DNA from: Phycisphaerae bacterium
GTDB taxonomy: Bacteria; Planctomycetota; Phycisphaerae; SM23-33
DNA: 64,000 nt
NCBI GenBank assembly: GCA_016782885.1
Contig: JADHXQ010000011.1
Coordinates: forward strand, 1,042-65,041
Reading direction: 5' to 3'
This document shows positions 1-8,724 of the stretch, one piece after another. How positions within the stretch are numbered: the stretch's first letter is position 1; every line of letters starts with the position of its first letter. The position numbers were made by a program, and so were the translations under genes. The notes beneath the pieces were generated by a model. The model saw only the letters and a list, made by a program, of their open reading frames with translations, did no database searches and was not told the origin of the DNA.

Positions 1-340
1 CAAACCCGCTATTGGCCACCAGCAGGATGCTGGCGGCAGAGGCGAGTACGAAGATTATCCCGAGAACGGCGTCGCGCGGAAGGCGGTTGCTCTCGAATGG
101 ATAGCTCAGCACGATCACGGTTGCCAGTGTCAGCGCCGCGGCGCCGAGGAACGGGTGAATATGACACATGATGGCGGCCGCAATACCGCAAGCCGCAACT
201 TCCGACAACGCGATCCCGATGAAGACAACACGTTTGAGGATCACAAACACACCGAGCATCGCGCAGATTGCGCCGATCACCGCACCGGCGATAACAGCTT
301 CGGGGAACATTTCGAATATAGTCTGCATATTCTCCCACAT
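1..340 (-). CDS. Metal (Zn/Mn) ABC transporter permease, ZnuB/MntB family; runs off the window edge
   Basis: Manual translation from ATG at 340: MWENMQTIFEMFPEAVIAGAVIGAICAMLGVFVILKRVVFIGIALSEVAACGIAA, hydrophobic ABC-3 permease pattern; follows the ATPase gene; AAGGAGG RBS. Confidence 0.9.
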   Translation of the reverse strand, partial: MWENMQTIFEMFPEAVIAGAVIGAICAMLGVFVILKRVVFIGIALSEVAACGIAAAIMCHIHPFLGAAALTLATVIVLSYPFESNRLPRDAVLGIIFVLASAASILLVANSGF

Positions 341-342
341 GA

Positions 343-1086
343 TTACCGCCCTCCTTTCACGCTGTTATCGTTGGCTGTATTACCGGGCGATGCGGGCCTC
401 GCCGGGAACACATCGGACGTTTCGGCCAGGCGGACGCGGCCATGCTCGACGAGACAGATCCGCGCCGGAAGCTCCAGCACCTCGTGCATTCCGTGGACCG
501 CCATGAGAACGGTCTTGCCCTCATCCCGGTTGAGTCTCAGCAGGTGGGCGAAGACCTCCTTTTCGGACTTCTCGTCGAGTTGCGAGGTCGGTTCGTCCAT
601 GATGAAGACATCGGCGCCGCTGACGAACGCCCTTGCCAGCATGGCCTTCTGCTTCATCCCGCCGGAAAGCTCCGAGAATATCTTGTTCGCATGATCGCCC
701 AAACCGAACTCCTCCAGCGCCTTCTGGACGGTCAGTCTGAGTTTCTTCGGTCCGCGGCGCCACCACCCGAGCTTCGGATAAAGCCCCATCGCGGCGATCT
801 GTCGCACGGAGACCGGATACAGCGGATCGATCGTCCGGTGCTGCGGTACGTACCCCGGCGGCGAGGTCCCAAACGGCGTGATGATCTCGCCGCGGCGCGG
901 GCGAATCAGCCCCAGAATCGCACGAAGCAGGGTTGTCTTGCCCGCGCCATTGGGACCGACAAACGGAAGGAACGACCCGCGGGGTATCTCCAGCGATACG
1001 TCGTGGATCACCTCCTGCCGGCCGTAGGCGATAGAAACGTTGCGACAGGTAATTATCGCATCTTTGTTCGATGTTGTTGGAGTCAT
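343..1086 (-). CDS. Metal ABC transporter ATP-binding protein (ZnuC-like)
   Basis: Walker A GPNGAGKT, GYVPQ Q-loop, LSGGMKQK signature, IMDEPT Walker B. Confidence 0.93.
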   Translation of the reverse strand: MTPTTSNKDAIITCRNVSIAYGRQEVIHDVSLEIPRGSFLPFVGPNGAGKTTLLRAILGLIRPRRGEIITPFGTSPPGYVPQHRTIDPLYPVSVRQIAAMGLYPKLGWWRRGPKKLRLTVQKALEEFGLGDHANKIFSELSGGMKQKAMLARAFVSGADVFIMDEPTSQLDEKSEKEVFAHLLRLNRDEGKTVLMAVHGMHEVLELPARICLVEHGRVRLAETSDVFPARPASPGNTANDNSVKGGR

Positions 1087-2123
1087 TTCGTAGCCGCCTT
1101 GCTTATACGATCGACAATCAGGTCTATAAGTGCCAGATAGTCGACAGCTTCCTTCTGTCCGCCTACGGATATCGCGCAGACCACGACGGTAACGCCTGTC
1201 TTCTTGGCCACGAGGTCTGCGGCCTTGCGGTTGTACGCCGGTTCCAGGAGGATCAGACCGACGCCCTCGGCCTTGGCGCGACTCATCACTTTCAGCAGAT
1301 GCGCCCCGCTTGGCGGCACGCCGGGCTTGGGTTCGAGTTCAACCGCTACGATCAGTCCGAATCGGTTGACGAAGTACGACCAGCTCCGATGGTGCGTGAT
1401 GATCTTGCTTCCCCTCAGCGGACGCATGGCGGCCGACCATCCGCCCAGGTCATTGGTAAGCTTCCGGGCGATGAGGTACTCCTGCAGCGTGCCCTTGAGT
1501 TCCATCGCCCACAGCTTCCCCCCGCCGACCTTCCTGGCCAGCACCGCACCGAACATCCGCTCGTCGAGGGCATTCTGGAACGCCGCAAGATTTTTCTCGA
1601 ACGCCTCGGTGTTTTCCGGAGCCAGCTTCGACAGGCGCCTGGCGATCGAGGCGGCGACGATCCGGGCGTTCAGCGGATCGAGCCAATAGTGCGGATTGCC
1701 CTGGGGGTGAACGTCTCCCAGTTCTCGCGTGACCCTGGTCTTGGGCACCTCAAGGCGGAGCACCTTCTCGGACGCGTCGAGATGCCCGGGCTTTCCAATG
1801 CGAATGTTCCTGTTGCGCGACCCGTCGATAATCAGTTCTTCGTACCCGATTTCCAACTCGAGCCCGACCCGGATCCACAGGTCCGCCTTGCGGGCGAGCA
1901 TCATGAAGCTCGGCTTGGCCTGGACGTAATGAGGGTTTTCATATCCGGTGGCGATACTTGTGACGCTAACCTTCTCGCCGCCAACAGCCTGGGCGATCGC
2001 TTTCAGGTCCGTGGTAGTCGTGACGATCTGCAGCTTCTCGGTCTTCGCCGCCGCCAGAGCGGTCCCAGCCGCCGCGGAAGCCAACATCGCTAATATCGTG
2101 CATAGTATTCTTGTGTATTTCAT
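1083..2123 (-). CDS. Metal ABC transporter substrate-binding protein (ZnuA/TroA family)
   Basis: Signal peptide; NPHYVQAKPS, GNPHYWLDP, HHRSWSYF and ELEPKPGVPPS motifs; AGGAG RBS before MKYTR. Confidence 0.92.
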   Translation of the reverse strand: MKYTRILCTILAMLASAAAGTALAAAKTEKLQIVTTTTDLKAIAQAVGGEKVSVTSIATGYENPHYVQAKPSFMMLARKADLWIRVGLELEIGYEELIIDGSRNRNIRIGKPGHLDASEKVLRLEVPKTRVTRELGDVHPQGNPHYWLDPLNARIVAASIARRLSKLAPENTEAFEKNLAAFQNALDERMFGAVLARKVGGGKLWAMELKGTLQEYLIARKLTNDLGGWSAAMRPLRGSKIITHHRSWSYFVNRFGLIVAVELEPKPGVPPSGAHLLKVMSRAKAEGVGLILLEPAYNRKAADLVAKKTGVTVVVCAISVGGQKEAVDYLALIDLIVDRISKAATK

Positions 2124-2155
2124 TTCAAGTCTCCTTAAATCCTGTCGATGCGCAA

Positions 2156-3535
2156 TCAATACTTATGCGCAGGATGCGCACCAAGCCCAAAAATCAACTG
2201 TAGAAAGACCTGGTGGTCTTCGGGCGCGCCGTCCACGTCGAAGTTGCGACGGCTGTATTGATAAGCCAACCGCCAGGAGCAGAATTCGCTCTGAAGAAAC
2301 GTCAGGTAAACCGACCAGGCGTTCTCGTGCAGGTTTTCGTTCTCGGGCCACTGGGAGTAGTCGTACCGTCCGCCGGCGGCCCACTGCCGTGCGAACTGAT
2401 AGTCGACGGCGGTATACAGTCCGACGGTGTTCTCCCGGCGGTCGGCGAGTTCCTTCTGGGCGGCCAGTACTTCGCTCTGCCACGTGAAGGACTTGTACAA
2501 CCCTTTTTGGGGATGGCGCCATTTGTAGGTGACGTCGAGCCCTTCGATCCACGTCCGCCGGCGCCCGTGCCCGTGGTCGTTGGGCGCCGTAGCGCCGCTA
2601 AAACCGACCTCCAGCGTTGAATCGGCGGTGAGGTCGTGGAACGTCTTGAGGTGAGCCAAGTGGACGAAGTCGTCAGCCTCGTGACCCGCGAACATGTTCG
2701 CGTCGTCATTGTAGAGGCTCTCGCAGGTCAACTCGATGTACTTGTCCCACGGGTTTGGAACGAGCCAGCTTACCGAGGCGCCCTCGCCGGCAAGGCCTTC
2801 GGAGCCGAAGTAGTTGCGGACGGCCAGGGGATACTCCACCCACGGAAGAGCGTGCAGATGCCTGGTGTTTGCCTGTCCGAACTTCGCCCGGAACTTTCCG
2901 GCCTTGGCCTGAAGGTCCCAGGGCAGGTCCAGCAGCGTCAAGTACGCTTCTTCGATGTGCAGGTCGTAGTGTGCCCCGTGGGCATGCTCGCCGGGGGCCC
3001 GCTCGTCGTGGTCCTCATCGTGCTCGTGGGACTTGTGAATCCCCAGAAAGATGTCGACCCGCGCGTGGGGATCGATGCTGCCCGAAATACCGATTTCCAG
3101 TTCGCGGAACAACCACTGGTCGTCCAGCTCGCCGCCTTCGCGGCTGTCGTAATGCCCGACGAAGTCGCCGACGACGCTGATCTCGGGGTTGAAGTTCTGG
3201 ATGGCCCGCCCAACGCTGAACCAACCGTCGGAGTTCTCTCTGCCCCCGGCGTCCTCAAGCATTTTGCCCATCACCCCGGCGAGTTCATCTTCGCCGGACG
3301 GTTGGGACTTTCCCGAGGCGCGGGATTTTTCGAGATCATCGATCTTCCTGTTCAGACGATCGATTTCTGTCTTGTGGGCCTCAGACTGGGCCTTGAACAT
3401 CGCGCGGAGTTCCTGAAGCTCCTTTTTCACGCCCGCGATGTCCCCGGCCGGGGAGGGCTTGTCCTGCGCGAAAGCGGGCATTGCCCACAAGACCATCAGC
3501 GCAGGAGCGCACAGGAGAATAATTCGTTTTGCCAT
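2156..3535 (-). CDS. His-rich outer-membrane beta-barrel protein associated with metal uptake
   Basis: Signal peptide, N-terminal coiled coil, NPEISVVGD, His-rich loop HKSHEHDEDHDE...HAHGAH, alternating beta strands, C-terminal GAHPAHKY; first gene of the ABC operon. Confidence 0.75.
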   Translation of the reverse strand: MAKRIILLCAPALMVLWAMPAFAQDKPSPAGDIAGVKKELQELRAMFKAQSEAHKTEIDRLNRKIDDLEKSRASGKSQPSGEDELAGVMGKMLEDAGGRENSDGWFSVGRAIQNFNPEISVVGDFVGHYDSREGGELDDQWLFRELEIGISGSIDPHARVDIFLGIHKSHEHDEDHDERAPGEHAHGAHYDLHIEEAYLTLLDLPWDLQAKAGKFRAKFGQANTRHLHALPWVEYPLAVRNYFGSEGLAGEGASVSWLVPNPWDKYIELTCESLYNDDANMFAGHEADDFVHLAHLKTFHDLTADSTLEVGFSGATAPNDHGHGRRRTWIEGLDVTYKWRHPQKGLYKSFTWQSEVLAAQKELADRRENTVGLYTAVDYQFARQWAAGGRYDYSQWPENENLHENAWSVYLTFLQSEFCSWRLAYQYSRRNFDVDGAPEDHQVFLQLIFGLGAHPAHKY

Positions 3536-3543
3536 TTTGCGTC

Positions 3544-3666
3544 CTTTCCAACAATTGCATGTGGCTGCGCCACAACGATCGGAGAATCAGATCGGTGTCG
3601 GGCGCAAACGGGCCGGACGGGACACAGCAGCGACCCCGCCGGTGTTACACGATGTGAGTTGGAAAG
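3544..3666 (-). promoter_or_regulatory. Putative SD-sequestering RNA stem (anti-SD 3658-3666, SD region 3544-3552)
   Basis: Perfect 9-bp inverted repeat ctttccaac / gttggaaag covering most of the GGAAAGGA SD of the 3535 gene; the other arm lies 5 nt after the RAPP codons of the leader ORF. Confidence 0.6.
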
Positions 3667-4037
3667 CCTGCCGGCGGCGCACGTGAATGAAGGGGCAGAG
3701 GATGGTGGCGGCCGATGGGAGTATCCGCCCGGACAACGGGCGTCGACGGAAGTGTATGCGCCTCGTGATGGTCGACCGCCTCTGAGCACGAGGACACCGG
3801 GCGGGTCTTGAAGAACTCGCAGACGGGACACGAACCGCTCAGCACCGCCTCGCCGCGGGTGTGATGCGAAACGCCCGCCTCCGCATGGTTGTCCGCATCG
3901 CTGTCGTGCCGGAAGCAGTCGGATTGGTGACCCGACGGATGCACCAGAATATGGAACGCATGCACGCCAAGAACCGCGGCGAACATCGCTGCGAAGGCGA
4001 GGATACGGGCTACCGTGATTGTGCTGCGTGACTTCAT
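3645..4037 (-). CDS. DUF2946-like (CruR/CutF-type) leader protein with His-rich region, CxxC and C-terminal RAPP arrest motif
   Basis: N-terminal hydrophobic segment, many His, SCPVCEF, C-terminal HSRAPP; directly upstream of a metal uptake operon. Confidence 0.75.
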   Translation of the reverse strand: MKSRSTITVARILAFAAMFAAVLGVHAFHILVHPSGHQSDCFRHDSDADNHAEAGVSHHTRGEAVLSGSCPVCEFFKTRPVSSCSEAVDHHEAHTLPSTPVVRADTPIGRHHPLPLHSRAPPAGFPTHIV

Positions 4038-4085
4038 GTTGTCTGCCGATACCGCGGAACGCTGAAAGCGGAACCTGCAGACCGA

Positions 4086-4114
4086 CTACTAGCAGGCCCT
4101 CGCGGCCATGTCAA
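4086..4114 (-). promoter_or_regulatory. Possible sigma70 promoter of the metal uptake operon
   Basis: TTGACA-17 nt-TAGTAG with a TGn extension on the minus strand; the -10 box is imperfect. Confidence 0.35.
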
Positions 4115-4350
4115 GTCTATTGTCCCAACCGATGGCGCCAGTTGGGTTGCGCCAAACAAAGGGGTCAGGCGTTGGAATAAAGGTTTCCGCAACCGAAAAC
4201 TGCGTTGAGTTCTCCCGGAGATGGGATAGAATCATTGTAAAGGCCCACGGTGGTCGTCGGCGCGAGTTCATAGGGAATCTCGGATGAGAGCCAACCTCCG
4301 AATTCGAACCCGGCGCCTCGGCTTCATCGAGTTGATTGGAGAACGCGCCC

Positions 4351-4839
4351 ATGCGGGAACAGCGCGGCAGTCGTGATATTGTGAGCCGTAGGTTGGCTGT
4401 ACTTCTGATCATCATTGGGGCGATGTTTGCCGCTGATTCGGTCCTGGAACTGTCGGTGGCGCCGAAGCTGTGGCCCGTGCTGTTGACGATCGTCGCGGTC
4501 GGCCTGATCGGGATCTTCATCAAGCGCAGCGCAAGAGGCGGGGGCTACCTGGGCGGCGGTATTTACCTGCTGTGCTTCAGCGGGTTGGCCCTTTACTGCA
4601 ACTTCGCCGATTGGGCGATGCTCACAGTCCTGTGGCCTGTGTTTATCGTCTTCCTGGGGCTTGCCTTCCTTGCGGTGTTCTTCGCCTGCGGCCGAAACCG
4701 TTGGTATCTCCTGTTGGGCCTGTTGCTGCTGTCGACGGCTGTGGTGCTTTGGTTGTTCCTGGCCCTGAGTGGGCAGTTCTGGTGGACCGCCTTCATCCTG
4801 GTCGGCGTGAGCCTCCTTGTCTGGGAGAGAGGCCAATGA
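4351..4839 (+). CDS. Hypothetical integral membrane protein (LiaF/LiaI-like TM repeats, WP motifs)
   Basis: About six hydrophobic helices, LWPV twice; GGAG RBS; stop overlaps the next start. Confidence 0.7.
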   Translation: MREQRGSRDIVSRRLAVLLIIIGAMFAADSVLELSVAPKLWPVLLTIVAVGLIGIFIKRSARGGGYLGGGIYLLCFSGLALYCNFADWAMLTVLWPVFIVFLGLAFLAVFFACGRNRWYLLLGLLLLSTAVVLWLFLALSGQFWWTAFILVGVSLLVWERGQ

Positions 4840-6308
4840 GTCCAAAACGAGTGATCTTCATCGAGCCGTCTGCCAACAAGACCAACGTGTTCGATAGTTA
4901 CATGCGATTGCCCCTTATGGGCTCGCTCTACCTTGGTACTATTCTGCACGAACACGGTTACGACGTGCGTATCCTGAACGAGAACATCATGGGCCGGGAG
5001 ATTGACGCGTTCGAGATACCAGCCGACGTATTCTGCCTGACAGCCCTGACCGGCAGCGCCAGCCGCACCAAGTACCTCGCGGCCTACCTCAAGCGCATCT
5101 ACCCGGCGGCCAGGGTCATCGTGGGGGGCATTCATGCCTCTCTGCTCCCGGAGGAGTTCACTGATGTGGCCGACCATGTCGTCGTGGGGGAAGCCGAGGA
5201 GATCATTGTCGACCTCGTGGAGGGCCGATTTGACGAGAAGATCGTCCAAGGCCGAAAGGTCGCTGACATGGCACGGTTGCCCCTGGTGCGGTACGACCTG
5301 CTCGATGGATACCGGAAACTGGACCTTATCCCCCTGATGACCTCGCGGGGCTGCCCGTTCAACTGCAATTTCTGCACCGTAACCAAGGTTTTCGGACGGG
5401 AGTTCAGGATGCTGTCCCCCGAGCGGGTCCTGACCGAGATCGAGAATGCCCTTCAGTACTTCAGTACGCGGGACTTTTTCTTCTATGACGACAATTTCAC
5501 CGCCGACCGGAAGCGTCTGGCTGATCTTTGCGATCTGCTCATCGCCAGGCGCGTGGGCATCACTTGGGCGGCACAGGTGCGAACGGACCTTGCCCGGCAC
5601 CCGGACCTGGTGGAGAAGATGGCGCGGGCCGGTTGCCGGTGGGTCTACATCGGATTTGAATCCATCGAAAACGAGACGCTCAAGGCCCTGCGCAAGAGCC
5701 AGACCCGAGCAGACATCGAACAGGCCATTACCGTATTCCACCAGTTCGGTCTGAACATCCACGGCATGTTCATGTTCGGCGAGGATCACGACGCGCTCGA
5801 TACCTTCCCGCAAACGGTGGCTTTCGCCATCGAGCACCGGATCGACACCGTCCAATTCATGATTCTGACGCCGTTTCCCGGAACGGAATATTACGAGCGA
5901 ATGCTCGCCGAAGATCGGCTCCTGCATACGGACTGGGACTACTACAACGCCATGTTCGCGGTATTTCAACCGAAGAACATGAGCGCGCTGAAACTCCAGA
6001 CCGAGACATACAGGGCATACGGGAAGTTCTACTCGTTGCGCAGGACGGCTTTGGACGCCCTGTCGCTGACCGTAAACGTTCTGCTGGACGCGCTGGTATG
6101 GAACTTCGGACGGGCCCAGCGGCACAACCTCGACACGATCTTCATCCGGGGCGGGGCCAAAGCCATCGTGCTGAAAGGCGCACGTACGTCCGACAGCTAC
6201 TTGCGTTTCCTCGGCGAAGCCGAGCAACGCAAGCTGCTGCATGCCGGAGGGAAGAATGCAACCACAACGCCCCTCCCCGCCAACATCGCCCCACACCGCG
6301 ACGCATAA
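4836..6308 (+). CDS. Cobalamin-binding radical SAM protein
   Basis: VGGIHASL B12-binding motif, SRGCPFNCNFC CxxxCxxC, FYDDNF, IGFES, ILTPFPGT; ATGA overlap with the upstream gene. Confidence 0.9.
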   Translation: MSPKRVIFIEPSANKTNVFDSYMRLPLMGSLYLGTILHEHGYDVRILNENIMGREIDAFEIPADVFCLTALTGSASRTKYLAAYLKRIYPAARVIVGGIHASLLPEEFTDVADHVVVGEAEEIIVDLVEGRFDEKIVQGRKVADMARLPLVRYDLLDGYRKLDLIPLMTSRGCPFNCNFCTVTKVFGREFRMLSPERVLTEIENALQYFSTRDFFFYDDNFTADRKRLADLCDLLIARRVGITWAAQVRTDLARHPDLVEKMARAGCRWVYIGFESIENETLKALRKSQTRADIEQAITVFHQFGLNIHGMFMFGEDHDALDTFPQTVAFAIEHRIDTVQFMILTPFPGTEYYERMLAEDRLLHTDWDYYNAMFAVFQPKNMSALKLQTETYRAYGKFYSLRRTALDALSLTVNVLLDALVWNFGRAQRHNLDTIFIRGGAKAIVLKGARTSDSYLRFLGEAEQRKLLHAGGKNATTTPLPANIAPHRDA

Positions 6309-6374
6309 ACCAACACACGGGGAATCTTGCGGGAGATGCTCGGGGGAGGTATCCTGCCTGCTGAAAGGTGTGCG

Positions 6375-7094
6375 ATGTTTGAAGAACTCGACTACAGCCG
6401 GACCTCGCTTGGCGAACTGATCCTGCGGCGAAGAACGGTGCCCGCGATGGACGACGCCTGCCTCTACGAGGTCAAACTCGACGGGGAGTTCCTCATGTCG
6501 TCGATAGTGAACGAATCGGAGATCGCACTGGGGAACCTGGCGATGGAGGAATTCGGCGCCGCCGACTGCCGCGTACTGGTCGGCGGGCTGGGGCTGGGCT
6601 ACACCGCCGCCGCTGTGCTCGAGTTCGAAAACGTGCAATCGCTCGTGGTGGCCGAATATCTGCCCGAGGTGATCGGGTGGCACGAGCGCGGCCTGGTTCC
6701 ACTGGGCGACGAACTGACGGGCGACGGGCGATGCCAATTCGTCCACGCGGATTTCTTCTCACTCGTGGATACCGGTTTCAACATGGGCCCCGGAGCGAGC
6801 GTGCCTTCGATTTACGACGTGATAGTGGTCGATATCGATCACTCTCCGCGATTCCTGCTCGAACCGCATCATGCCGCGTTCTACGATCCGGCCGGCGTGC
6901 AGCGTCTGGCGGGCCACGTCGCCCCGGGCGGCGTCTTCGCCCTCTGGTCGGCAGACGCGCCGGACAAGGCATTTCTCGCGGCGCTGGGAGCGGGTTTTGA
7001 GTCGGTGCGCGCCGAGAGCATCGAGTTCTTCAACCCGGTAGTCGACTCGGCGGACACCAACACGATCTACATCGCCCGGCGCGGCGGCATCTAG
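6375..7094 (+). CDS. Spermidine-synthase-like SAM-dependent methyltransferase-fold protein
   Basis: VLVGGLGLGYT SAM motif, YDVIVVDIDHSP, PGGVFALWS. Confidence 0.85.
   Translation: MFEELDYSRTSLGELILRRRTVPAMDDACLYEVKLDGEFLMSSIVNESEIALGNLAMEEFGAADCRVLVGGLGLGYTAAAVLEFENVQSLVVAEYLPEVIGWHERGLVPLGDELTGDGRCQFVHADFFSLVDTGFNMGPGASVPSIYDVIVVDIDHSPRFLLEPHHAAFYDPAGVQRLAGHVAPGGVFALWSADAPDKAFLAALGAGFESVRAESIEFFNPVVDSADTNTIYIARRGGI
7056..7080 (+). repeat. 25-bp direct repeat, copy 1 (in the 3' end of the 6375-7094 gene)
   Basis: accaacacgatctacatcgcccggc, identical to 8681-8705. Confidence 0.9.
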
Positions 7095-7373
7095 CAGGCG
7101 CCAAAGAAAACTTCCTCCTCGATTAGCCTGGGGGCAAATCGAATCTTACTCTTCCAAAGACGACGCTCCGTTCGGGAGTAGTTCCCGTCGGTATGATGCG
7201 TCCGGTGTGTGCCTTTGGAGGACAGCACTATGAAAAACGTCAAAGCCATTCCCCCAACCTTTGGGCTCTTGCCTGCCGGCCCTTCCACCACCGTAGTCTG
7301 TTAATCCCCAGAACATACCCGTGTCGCGGGCGGCGTAGCCCGCAAACGGAAAATGATTACCCCAGGAGGTAGA

Positions 7374-7982
7374 ATGATGAACGGTATTACAAAAGTTGCG
7401 ATGTTGTCGGTAGTGTGTCTGGTCTGTTCCGGTGCAATGGGTGCGAGCTACTCTCTCGTCCCGCCTGACAGGGATCTCGGCGACCTGGACCACTACAGGT
7501 ACTATACTTGGGGACTCGACACCCCCTGGAGCGTCATCCCGGACGTGGACAACAACTACGAGCAGGCCATCGGCGCCTCGCTGTCGTTCAAATCGATCCG
7601 GAACTGGAATAACCAACCCAACGTGCTGTACATCCACCTGCTGGATAACGCGCCCCTGGGCATCAGGACGGGATATGACGGACAGGGCGGTGGAGACAAC
7701 TTCGCCGGCCAGGGGATCGTGCTGACCGTCTATCAGAATCTGCCTTCTACGGCCCAGAATCTGAGTTACTCGTTCTCCGGCGATGAGATTGAGGCCTTGA
7801 ACGACTATGCCGCGGACGGACGCTTCGCTCTCGGATTCGACCCCGACTGCCATTTTTACAATTGCGGAGTGAAACTGGACATCGACACCGCCGCGCAGGT
7901 GGTGCCCGAACCGGCGACAATGACGCTGCTGCTTGTCGGCGGCGGATTGGTGGCTCTTCGCAAACGGCGGAAGCAGAAGTAG
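7374..7982 (+). CDS. PEP-CTERM sorting domain protein
   Basis: Signal peptide; C-terminal VPEPATMTLLLVGGGLVALRKRRKQK; AGGAGGT RBS. Confidence 0.92.
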   Translation: MMNGITKVAMLSVVCLVCSGAMGASYSLVPPDRDLGDLDHYRYYTWGLDTPWSVIPDVDNNYEQAIGASLSFKSIRNWNNQPNVLYIHLLDNAPLGIRTGYDGQGGGDNFAGQGIVLTVYQNLPSTAQNLSYSFSGDEIEALNDYAADGRFALGFDPDCHFYNCGVKLDIDTAAQVVPEPATMTLLLVGGGLVALRKRRKQK

Positions 7983-8004
7983 CGTTCTATACAATTATCG
8001 CCTT

Positions 8005-8040
8005 AACGCGGGCAGGCCACTTTGGTCCGCCCGCGTTTTT
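8005..8040 (+). terminator. Intrinsic terminator after the PEP-CTERM gene
   Basis: aacgcgggcaggcca-cttt-ggtccgcccgcgttttt hairpin followed by a T run. Confidence 0.7.
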
Positions 8041-8109
8041 GCGCGCTTCGGGCCTCGGGGTTTGGCGCGAGCATGTCTGAACCCCACATCACCCCGCGAG
8101 GCATCTTCG

Positions 8110-8321
8110 CTCAGGGCGAGCGTATCTGAATCTGAGGCATCTGCAAACTTCTTCGATATCTCCGAAGTGATGATGTGGTTGCTCTCGTCAGGCAAAAGGC
8201 TCCAGGCGGTGGACTACTTCCTCTGGGCAGTGCAGCGGTTTTTGGACGAGGAGAAGATCGTTTTATCGAGTTGATCTGGCCCAAGGTGTATTGCATAACG
8301 GCTTGCTGTATCACACGTTAA
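8110..8321 (+). pseudogene. Frameshifted C-terminal remnant of a DUF3800-like gene
   Basis: LQAVDYFLWAVQRF in one frame continues as (G)RGEDRFIELIWPKV in another across a T5 run at 8239-8243; the QxxD motif recalls DUF3800 C-termini; no start or N-terminus. Confidence 0.5.
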
Positions 8322-8680
8322 CACCCTGTGACATATCACGCGGCGTCAAACGCAGTTTTGACAAACCGCCAGGGTGGATCGCATCACTGTAACCATTTAA
8401 TAAGCAGATGGTTATGGCAGTTTGCGGGGTGAGTATTTACGATTTGCGCCCTGGGCGGCAGGGTCACAGGCCCGACAGGTGTGAACCGCGCTTCGCGAGA
8501 AAGGTGAACAGTGGTAAGTGGTGAGTAGACAGGCAACGGCGACGGATCAACCAGCGCTAACCGCCGCCGCCATCAAACCTTCGCCCAACGCCACCGGGTG
8601 CATTTATCTCGGAGATCACAAGTAGTACCACTTTTCCGCACGCTGGGTCAGGCTGTGACACCTGTGTACCAATTGTGACA

Positions 8681-8705
8681 ACCAACACGATCTACATCGC
8701 CCGGC
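8681..8705 (+). repeat. 25-bp direct repeat, copy 2 (orphan alternative gene end TNTIYIARHGND*)
   Basis: Identical to 7056-7080; in-frame TGA at 8717-8719. Confidence 0.9.
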
Positions 8706-8724
8706 ACGGGAACGATTGATTGCT

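Noticed and set aside
4593-6746. 717-aa minus-strand ORF and similar long antisense ORFs (41228-42886, 57755-59098, 62463-63938)
   Set aside because: Shadow frames of well-supported genes in GC-rich DNA, with no motifs
7095-7373. Riboswitch (for example c-di-GMP-I) in the PEP-CTERM leader
   Set aside because: GGGCAAA is present but the remaining consensus elements were not found
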